A stretch of DNA of 64,000 nucleotides from Lytechinus pictus (Eukaryota). The position numbers were made by a program, and so were the translations under genes. The stretch lies in assembly GCF_037042905.1 (NCBI RefSeq), contig NC_087251.1:13518001-13582000 (forward strand). Reading direction: 5' to 3'. The notes below the pieces were generated by a model. That model made no database searches. It was not told where the DNA came from and was given only the letters and a program-made list of their open reading frames with translations. Shown piece after piece: positions 61,701 to 64,000 of this stretch; the stretch's first letter is position 1; each line of letters begins with the position of its first letter.

Positions 61701-63764
61701 GCTCTGACTTGTTCTTTTTGTGGAGGAAACTCCTCAAAGTCCTGTCAGGGATTAAATGAGGAGGAATGTTATATTCAGGTACCTAAATGAAAAGAAAAAA
61801 ATGTATAAAAAACATGCAAATTCTAAGTTTTTTGTAATTATTTTTTATTTGTCAGATGGATAGAATTTTTATCTTGGATTACAATCTTATCTCTCTCTGT
61901 CTCTTTTCAGATCTCCCGTCAGGTCAAGAAATACACCTCTTTACCTGATTTCATTCCTGAGAAGGTTGGTCAGGTATCTTCAGCCTGCAAGTCAATCTGT
62001 CAATGGGTTCTAGCACTGGAACACTATGTAGAAGTAACAAAGGTTAGTAGTATTTTTCTTCTATCTTTCATCATCAAATGTATAGTTATCATGATTCTTT
62101 ATTTTGATAAGAATTTTCCATTCAGACAAAATGGCCCTATGTTTTTCCTACTAAGGTAATATGTAGTGTCTAAAAAGTCATACAAAATACAAAAGAAGAA
62201 AGCATATTCAAACTGTCATATTTCATTGCATCAGTGACTTCCATTTGATGTTGACAAACAGTTGAAGAAAAACAATCATTAAATTTTGTAAAATTGGCAA
62301 CAATATTGATATTTATGATGATTCTCTTTAAAGTGGCAGATATCAAAATTTTGAATTCTTTATCAATTTTTATTGATTTCCCGAAGATTACTATCAAACA
62401 ATACTGCAGTAATAAAAAAATATACTACTATTGTCCATTTTAAATATAACAAATTATCAAATAAGGCTTCATATAATTTTTTGTCCTGAAAAAAAGGGTA
62501 TTCTATATCTTCTCTCCATTTCTTCCAGGTTTCTCTTAAATGAAAGAAATCTTCATAAAATATTCCTGCGTGAAATGAAAATACTGTATAATTCCTGTAT
62601 GTTGTGTTAATTTCTAGATGGTGAAACCAAAGCAGAAGAGAGTTGAAGAGGCCAAGGAGGCACTCAATCTAGCCCAAGAAGGACTAAGAGAAAAACAAGA
62701 AAGTTTATCCAAGGTAAGCTGGACAAGTGACATGTGTTATCTTATTGTATCTACTTCTTGTCTACATGTAATTCATTCATTTTTGTCTTGCCTGCATAGC
62801 AAAATTAAGTATCCCTGAATATCCTGTGCGAGTTTCAGGTCACATGACGAAGGTCAAAGGTCATTTAGGGTCAATGAATTTTAATAATGTTGGGGGTATT
62901 TGTTGAATTGTCATCATAAGTTTATAGATCTAATTTTTGAAACTTGGGACATAAGAGTAACCATGTGTCCCTGAATATATTTTGCTTGTTTCTGGTCACA
63001 TGACCAAAATCAAAGGTCATTTAGGGTCAATGATCTTTGGCTGTGTTGGGGGCATTTGTTGAATTGGCATCATGATTTAGAAAGTTTATGGATTTACACA
63101 TGTAGTTCATGAAACATAGACATAAGGGTAATGAAGTATGAATTATTGTTTTTGCGCATGCCTTAGGTCACATGATCATGGTCAAAGGTCATGTTCGGTC
63201 AATGGACATAGTATTGTATTATCATATGAGTGTTTTTCTGTTGTGAATAATTATTTAATAGCAGTTTTCAAAGTCAGCACTGCTGCTATATCGAATCGCG
63301 TAATGCAGGCGAGACTTGCCAGAGGCGCTCCACCTGTTTTAACTCTGTGTTCCAAATTTTAAACAGTCAATATGAGATTCAGATGGTTTTAGATATGAAA
63401 TTAAGAGTATTCTTTTCGCTTTTTATGAAATGTTTTTTCTCATTTTTTTACACTCAAATTAATGCAAAATGCAATTCTGTTCAAAGTGACATGTGATTAC
63501 AAAAGATAGCAGTTTATGCTTTTCAAGGTGTGGTGTATAATCTTTAATGCCCCCCATCCATATCATTTTAACTCTATTGGGGCAAAAATATTTATTTATC
63601 ACCACTGTCTTCTAATTGTGTAGATCCAAGATCATTTGAGGGTGTTACAGCAGCAGTATGATGATAGCGTGCATCAGAGAGAGTCACTGAGGGAGAGAAA
63701 GGTCCTGACCACACTCAGACTCAAGAGGGCATCGGTTCTTATTGCAGCTTTGGCTGATGAGGAG
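10762..63764 (+). CDS. DNAH14: Axonemal dynein heavy chain (single-headed inner-arm type, DNAH14-like/DNAH6 group), 64 coding exons in window, 3' end outside window
   Basis: Hand-spliced GT-AG exons keep one open frame (10,935 nt). Motifs: linker [35 protein letters not shown]1 GPAGTGKT and [11 protein letters not shown]2 GPSGGGKT and LDGPVD; AAA3 GDSGVGKS and [10 protein letters not shown]4 GLDGTGKS; stalk/MTBD. Dynein identity is certain. The DNAH14 call rests on recalled diagnostic residues ([30 protein letters not shown]-type P4) and needs a phylogeny (~0.65). Confidence 0.95.
11683..11858 (+). CDS. DNAH14: Dynein coding exon 2
   Basis: tacag|[11 protein letters not shown]...ESP|gtaagt, phase 0-2. 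Confidence 0.8.
11905..12204. mobile_element. Foldback MITE with TA flanks
   Basis: TA|GGGACTTTT...AAAAATCCC|TA; AATGAATCCTACA/TGTAGGATTCATT and AAAATGCAAGTCAA/TTGACTTGCATTTT. Confidence 0.75.
12855..13249 (+). CDS. DNAH14: Dynein coding exon 3
   Basis: atag|DIGKDHLV...LYDNT|gtaact, phase 2-1. Confidence 0.8.
13740..13879 (+). CDS. DNAH14: Dynein coding exon 4
   Basis: [18 protein letters not shown]...EPEK, phase 1-0. Confidence 0.82.
14222..14440. mobile_element. Short hAT-like MITE with G/C homopolymer runs
   Basis: CAGGGGCGGATCCAGG...CCTGAATCCGCCATTG; degenerate 8-bp flanks TATTATAC/CCTCATAC. Confidence 0.7.
17383..17541 (+). CDS. DNAH14: Dynein coding exon 5
   Basis: [14 protein letters not shown]...YNPYDLQVV (DNAH6/14-type N-terminal motif), phase 0-0. 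Confidence 0.88.
17866..17978 (+). CDS. DNAH14: Dynein coding exon 6
   Basis: [25 protein letters not shown], phase 0-2. Confidence 0.88.
18424..18486 (+). CDS. DNAH14: Dynein coding exon 7
   Basis: [16 protein letters not shown], phase 2-2. Confidence 0.88.
18537..20048 (+). mobile_element. Full-length HINE-type element interrupted by a MITE
   Basis: 5' TTTTT-GTCTCACCTGCA-TAGCAGAGTGAGAC hairpin, (GGC)n microsatellite, ~121-bp units, 3' TGCAGGTGAGAC plus mini-hairpin; T-rich insertion site. Confidence 0.85.
18876..19669. mobile_element. hAT-like MITE with 6-bp TSD, nested in the HINE
   Basis: Perfect 19-bp TIR TAGGGACAGTGATTTTCCG / CGGAAAATCACTGTCCCTA; TSD GACCTA (18870-18875, 19670-19675); many subterminal AAACGG/ACGGAA repeats. 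Confidence 0.92.
20672..20939 (+). CDS. DNAH14: Dynein coding exon 8
   Basis: [18 protein letters not shown]...LAWECCV, phase 2-0. Confidence 0.88.
20958..21052. mobile_element. Small CWG-flanked MITE (decayed)
   Basis: CAG|GGGCCTGTAACACAAAG...CTTTGTGTCAAGGGACC|CTG. Confidence 0.55.
21520..21634 (+). CDS. DNAH14: Dynein coding exon 9
   Basis: [12 protein letters not shown]...KKDDK, phase 0-1. Confidence 0.85.
22037..22282 (+). CDS. DNAH14: Dynein coding exon 10
   Basis: [22 protein letters not shown], phase 1-1. Confidence 0.88.
22592..22785 (+). CDS. DNAH14: Dynein coding exon 11
   Basis: [14 protein letters not shown]...VNIDQ, phase 1-0. Confidence 0.82.
23064..23196. mobile_element. 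Small CWG-flanked palindromic MITE
   Basis: CTG GGTACCATAACAC...GTTTAGCGATT / AATTGCTAAGCTTTGTGTTAAGGGCCC CTG. Confidence 0.6.
23326..23438 (+). CDS. DNAH14: Dynein coding exon 12
   Basis: [25 protein letters not shown], phase 0-2. Confidence 0.85.
23607..23742. mobile_element. Small MITE with CAG TSD
   Basis: CAG|GGGAGCATTTCATGAAG...TTTTATGAAATTCTCCC|CAG; internal AGTCAGTGATTT/AAATCATTGACT. Confidence 0.75.
23927..24039 (+). CDS. DNAH14: Dynein coding exon 13 (Ser/Asp-rich)
   Basis: NKKSGKH...[15 protein letters not shown], phase 2-1. Confidence 0.82.
24184..24921. mobile_element. piggyBac-like MITE
   Basis: TTAA TSD on both sides; TIR CCCTAAAAGGCCTGGG vs CCCAGCTCTTTTAGGG (14/16). Confidence 0.88.
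25098..25330 (-). mobile_element. tRNA-derived SINE, reverse orientation, diverged
   Basis: (AAT)n tail at 25098-25115; reverse-complement similarity to 58010-58200 (ACCCATTTACTACACCTGG, CGGCTTTAGC, CTTGCCAAAGGA). Confidence 0.7.
25541..25634 (+). CDS. DNAH14: Dynein coding exon 14 (Ser-rich)
   Basis: [16 protein letters not shown]...YAYPV, phase 1-2. Confidence 0.8.
26172..26287 (+). CDS. DNAH14: Dynein coding exon 15
   Basis: [23 protein letters not shown], phase 2-1. Confidence 0.85.
26310..26468. mobile_element. Decayed copy of the X-box/CCAAT MITE
   Basis: TTATCTGACAATTACCTCAGGAACTGTGCTTCTGGGCCAATCA matches 32572-32613. Confidence 0.6.
26668..26891 (+). CDS. DNAH14: Dynein coding exon 16
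   Basis: [11 protein letters not shown]...[11 protein letters not shown]...EYAK, phase 1-0. Confidence 0.88.
27186..27308 (+). CDS. DNAH14: Dynein coding exon 17
   Basis: [14 protein letters not shown]...HSEM, phase 0-0. Confidence 0.88.
27722..27895 (+). CDS. DNAH14: Dynein coding exon 18
   Basis: [18 protein letters not shown]...LKVIK, phase 0-0. Confidence 0.88.
28225..28443 (+). CDS. DNAH14: Dynein coding exon 19
   Basis: [20 protein letters not shown]...FQHLK, phase 0-0. Confidence 0.9.
28500..28680 (+). repeat. GA-rich low-complexity tract
   Basis: Direct reading. Confidence 0.85.
28834..28920 (+). CDS. DNAH14: Dynein coding exon 20
   Basis: [17 protein letters not shown]...QGLL, phase 0-0. 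Confidence 0.88.
29231..29433 (+). CDS. DNAH14: Dynein coding exon 21
   Basis: [16 protein letters not shown]...YASYQDRF, phase 0-2. Confidence 0.88.
30004..30236 (+). CDS. DNAH14: Dynein coding exon 22 (start of linker, DHC_N2)
   Basis: EIMMSDY...[12 protein letters not shown]...MLEK, phase 2-1. Confidence 0.9.
30920..31110 (+). CDS. DNAH14: Dynein coding exon 23
   Basis: [11 protein letters not shown]...[11 protein letters not shown], phase 1-0. Confidence 0.93.
31535..31615 (+). CDS. DNAH14: Dynein coding exon 24
   Basis: [27 protein letters not shown], phase 0-0. Confidence 0.93.
32073..32231 (+). CDS. DNAH14: Dynein coding exon 25
   Basis: [10 protein letters not shown]...GSRYVTPIK, phase 0-0. 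Confidence 0.93.
32519..32675. mobile_element. Small CWG-flanked MITE carrying an X-box and CCAAT
   Basis: CAG|GGGGGCGTTTCATGAA...TGATGAAACGCTCCC|CTG; GTTACCATAGGAAC at 32581-32594; CCAAT at 32607-32611. Confidence 0.8.
32848..33262. mobile_element. MITE (Harbinger-like termini)
   Basis: TAA|GGCCACCGCACACCTTACGACTGGTC ... GACCAGCCGTAAGGTGTGCGGTGG; right end eroded. Confidence 0.75.
33494..33615 (+). CDS. DNAH14: Dynein coding exon 26
   Basis: [10 protein letters not shown]...[12 protein letters not shown], phase 0-2. Confidence 0.95.
33823..33994 (+). CDS. DNAH14: Dynein coding exon 27
   Basis: [20 protein letters not shown]...KCLE, phase 2-0. Confidence 0.95.
34409..34513 (+). CDS. DNAH14: Dynein coding exon 28
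   Basis: [25 protein letters not shown], phase 0-0. Confidence 0.96.
34908..35026 (+). CDS. DNAH14: Dynein coding exon 29
   Basis: [10 protein letters not shown]...MISAEGE, phase 0-2. Confidence 0.95.
35063..35310 (-). mobile_element. Old tRNA-derived SINE, reverse orientation
   Basis: CATTTACCTCACCTGGG, CCTTGCTAGAGGACAC and reversed B-box GGATTTGAACC; AAT-rich tail at left. Confidence 0.6.
35473..35547 (+). CDS. DNAH14: Dynein coding exon 30
   Basis: [19 protein letters not shown], phase 2-2. Confidence 0.95.
38038..38122 (+). CDS. DNAH14: Dynein coding exon 31
   Basis: NLKESV...[14 protein letters not shown], phase 2-0. Confidence 0.93.
38752..39002 (+). CDS. DNAH14: Dynein coding exon 32
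   Basis: VQIMYNREV...VHSRDIV...DDFEWT, phase 0-2. Confidence 0.95.
39514..40887 (-). pseudogene. Decayed Sola-type (probably Sola2) DDD transposase in dynein intron 32, antisense
   Basis: Frame fragments in order: [10 protein letters not shown]...HMLLTREQ...[22 protein letters not shown]...[61 protein letters not shown]; (G)[39 protein letters not shown]. Several stops and frameshifts. Family assignment is from recalled motifs, not a database search. Confidence 0.75.
40339..40463. mobile_element. 125-bp palindromic MITE (CAG TSD) inserted in the transposase fossil
   Basis: CAG|GGGCCCGTTGCATAAAACTTTTTACCTGAGAAAACTC...GAGTTTTCTCAGGTAAAAAGCTTTATGCAACAGGCCC|CAG. Confidence 0.9.
41144..41429 (+). 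CDS. DNAH14: Dynein coding exon 33 (AAA1 Walker A)
   Basis: QLRYQW...YGYEYLG...[12 protein letters not shown]...[17 protein letters not shown], phase 2-0. Confidence 0.97.
41823..41968 (+). CDS. DNAH14: Dynein coding exon 34 (AAA1 Walker B)
   Basis: [31 protein letters not shown], phase 0-2. Confidence 0.97.
42560..42628 (+). CDS. DNAH14: Dynein coding exon 35
   Basis: [22 protein letters not shown], phase 2-2. Confidence 0.96.
42800..42986 (+). CDS. DNAH14: Dynein coding exon 36
   Basis: [25 protein letters not shown]...QLSQQ, phase 2-0. Confidence 0.97.
43565..43644 (+). CDS. DNAH14: Dynein coding exon 37
   Basis: [18 protein letters not shown], phase 0-2. Confidence 0.96.
43943..44117 (+). 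CDS. DNAH14: Dynein coding exon 38
   Basis: [28 protein letters not shown], phase 2-0. Confidence 0.96.
44620..44812. mobile_element. Decayed pogo/Tigger-like MITE remnant
   Basis: Right end GGCAGGTTTGACTG|TA (reverse complement TA|CAGTCAAACCTGCC), with GACCAC/GGTCT subterminal motifs; related remnants near 46625-46706 and 56808-56970. Confidence 0.5.
44916..45140 (+). CDS. DNAH14: Dynein coding exon 39 (AAA2 P-loop)
   Basis: [16 protein letters not shown], phase 0-0. Confidence 0.95.
45356..45595 (+). CDS. DNAH14: Dynein coding exon 40
   Basis: [13 protein letters not shown]...EWTDGLL, phase 0-0. Confidence 0.94.
45797..46180 (+). CDS. DNAH14: Dynein coding exon 41
   Basis: S/T/P-rich insert, then [22 protein letters not shown]...[13 protein letters not shown], phase 0-0. 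Confidence 0.95.
46525..46587 (+). CDS. DNAH14: Dynein coding exon 42
   Basis: [18 protein letters not shown], phase 0-0. Confidence 0.94.
47036..47228 (+). CDS. DNAH14: Dynein coding exon 43
   Basis: [24 protein letters not shown]...GFGNP, phase 0-1. Confidence 0.92.
47538..47664 (+). CDS. DNAH14: Dynein coding exon 44 (Ser/Arg-rich insert)
   Basis: [31 protein letters not shown]; phase 1-2 is needed to join exons 43 and 45. Confidence 0.88.
47978..48246 (+). CDS. DNAH14: Dynein coding exon 45
   Basis: [14 protein letters not shown]...poly-G...EPPL, phase 2-1. Confidence 0.92.
49198..49373 (+). CDS. DNAH14: Dynein coding exon 46
   Basis: [15 protein letters not shown]...FVPWDELVP, phase 1-0. 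Confidence 0.92.
49385..49791 (+). repeat. Imperfect (GAT)n microsatellite
   Basis: Direct reading; includes an internal duplication GATAATGTTGAT(A/G)GTTATGCTAATATAGTTATAATGAT. Confidence 0.95.
49863..49965 (+). CDS. DNAH14: Dynein coding exon 47
   Basis: [12 protein letters not shown]...KPVLLT, phase 0-1. Confidence 0.95.
50080..51049 (+). mobile_element. Full-length HINE-type element (best-preserved copy)
   Basis: TTTTT-GTCTCACCTGCATAGCAGAGTGAGAC, (CGG)n/(CGA) microsatellite, ~6 units of ~121 bp, TGCAGGTGAGAC, GCCAGAGGC, CACTTGTT. Confidence 0.88.
51874..52065 (+). CDS. DNAH14: Dynein coding exon 48 (AAA3 P-loop)
   Basis: [15 protein letters not shown], phase 1-1. Confidence 0.94.
52310..52485 (+). 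CDS. DNAH14: Dynein coding exon 49 (5' boundary uncertain: 52310, 52316 or 52340)
   Basis: [10 protein letters not shown]...VGPRGKK|gtcagt; three in-frame phase-1 acceptors. Confidence 0.85.
52870..52998 (+). CDS. DNAH14: Dynein coding exon 50
   Basis: [27 protein letters not shown], phase 0-0. Confidence 0.96.
53301..53389 (+). CDS. DNAH14: Dynein coding exon 51
   Basis: [21 protein letters not shown], phase 0-2. Confidence 0.96.
53764..53983 (+). CDS. DNAH14: Dynein coding exon 52
   Basis: [18 protein letters not shown], phase 2-0. Confidence 0.96.
54085..54420 (+). repeat. Degenerate ~108-bp tandem repeat (~3 units)
   Basis: CA(T/C)CTAGTG.CAT...TCCAG....AGCC at ~54092, 54200 and 54308; CACCAGATGT recurs. 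Confidence 0.6.
54552..54722 (+). CDS. DNAH14: Dynein coding exon 53
   Basis: [20 protein letters not shown], phase 0-0. Confidence 0.96.
54776..55035 (+). repeat. GA-rich polypurine tract
   Basis: Direct reading. Confidence 0.9.
55179..55346 (+). CDS. DNAH14: Dynein coding exon 54
   Basis: PFLFGDFL...RIYRPI, phase 0-0. Confidence 0.93.
55668..55946 (+). CDS. DNAH14: Dynein coding exon 55 (AAA4 P-loop)
   Basis: [36 protein letters not shown], phase 0-0. Confidence 0.96.
56485..56646 (+). CDS. DNAH14: Dynein coding exon 56
   Basis: [20 protein letters not shown], phase 0-0. Confidence 0.96.
57057..57263 (+). CDS. DNAH14: Dynein coding exon 57
   Basis: [36 protein letters not shown], phase 0-0. 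Confidence 0.96.
57279..57426. mobile_element. Small CAG-flanked MITE carrying an X-box and CCAAT
   Basis: CAG|GGGCCTGTTTCATGAAG...TATGAAACCAGCTT|CAG; GTAACTTTTGCCATC/GATGGCAAAGTTAC; ACTACCATGGTAAC at 57331-57344; CCAAT at 57357-57361. Confidence 0.7.
57933..58201 (+). mobile_element. tRNA-derived SINE
   Basis: tRNA-like head with B-box GGTTCGAATC (~57980), central CCTTCAGCAAGAAAT...CACTCGACCCAGGTG...AATGGGTACC domain, (ATT)n tail. Confidence 0.85.
58311..58492 (+). CDS. DNAH14: Dynein coding exon 58
   Basis: [15 protein letters not shown], phase 0-2. Confidence 0.95.
58915..59023 (+). CDS. DNAH14: Dynein coding exon 59 (stalk CC1)
   Basis: [29 protein letters not shown], phase 2-0. Confidence 0.95.
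59881..60006 (+). CDS. DNAH14: Dynein coding exon 60
   Basis: [16 protein letters not shown]...EDYAN, phase 0-0. Confidence 0.94.
60995..61175. mobile_element. Palindromic MITE with CAG TSD
   Basis: CAG|GTGGGTGTTTCATAAAGCTGTTCGTAAGTTAAGAGCG...CGCTCTTAACTTCCGAACAGCCTTATGAAACACGTCC|CAG. Confidence 0.85.
61246..61500 (+). CDS. DNAH14: Dynein coding exon 61 (MTBD)
   Basis: [13 protein letters not shown]...[16 protein letters not shown]...DWSTAKHLL, phase 0-0. Confidence 0.95.
61911..62042 (+). CDS. DNAH14: Dynein coding exon 62
   Basis: [25 protein letters not shown], phase 0-0. Confidence 0.95.
62618..62713 (+). CDS. DNAH14: Dynein coding exon 63 (stalk CC2)
   Basis: [16 protein letters not shown], phase 0-0. 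Confidence 0.94.
62780..63340 (+). mobile_element. HINE-type element, internally deleted, variant subfamily
   Basis: 5' TTTTTGTCTTGCCTGCATAGCA; ~4 units; 3' TGCAGGCGAGAC-TT-GCCAGAGGCGCTCCACCTGTT. Confidence 0.82.
63624..63764 (+). CDS. DNAH14: Dynein coding exon 64 (last in window)
   Basis: [12 protein letters not shown]...[16 protein letters not shown], phase 0-0. Confidence 0.94.
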
Positions 63765-64000
63765 GTTTGTTAAAATCATTCTGTAACACATCAAAGCAAA
63801 TTAAATCACAGCACACAAACATCATACTTAGTATAAAATCTCTTATCATTAATTCAAGAAATCCTTAATTTCATAGCGATAATGTAAGCAATTGATGTAA
63901 GAGATATGATGAAAAGACAGGCTTTTCTATCTTTTAAAAGAAATATACCTGAAATTGCTATTTCAGAATACCTTTGAATAATAAAATATAAGTTAGTATT

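Overview
AT-rich, intron-dense animal genomic DNA. An invertebrate deuterostome, probably a sea urchin, is inferred from the repeat and SINE repertoire; this is not proven. Most of the window is one plus-strand axonemal dynein heavy chain gene of the single-headed DNAH6/DNAH14 group, most DNAH14-like. I traced it by hand: a probable non-coding first exon (~5101-5178, beside RFX X-box, YY1 and forkhead motifs), then 64 phase-consistent GT-AG coding exons from the ATG at 10762 to 63764 (10,935 nt, ~3,645 codons). These cover the tail, linker, AAA1-AAA4 and the stalk/MTBD; AAA5, AAA6 and the C-terminus lie beyond the window. Introns and the 5' flank hold many non-autonomous elements: four Helentron/HINE-type elements with internal ~121-bp arrays rich in nuclear-receptor half-sites, hAT-like MITEs (8-bp and 6-bp TSDs), piggyBac-like and TA-TSD MITEs, small CWG-TSD MITEs (some carrying an X-box plus CCAAT module), foldbacks and tRNA-derived SINEs. 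A decayed antisense Sola-type transposase, missed by the ORF track, lies in one intron. I found no convincing wholly new biological system. The best leads are the TE-borne cis-regulatory modules, a candidate alternative terminal exon that would give a motor-less dynein, and large disordered insertions in the motor.
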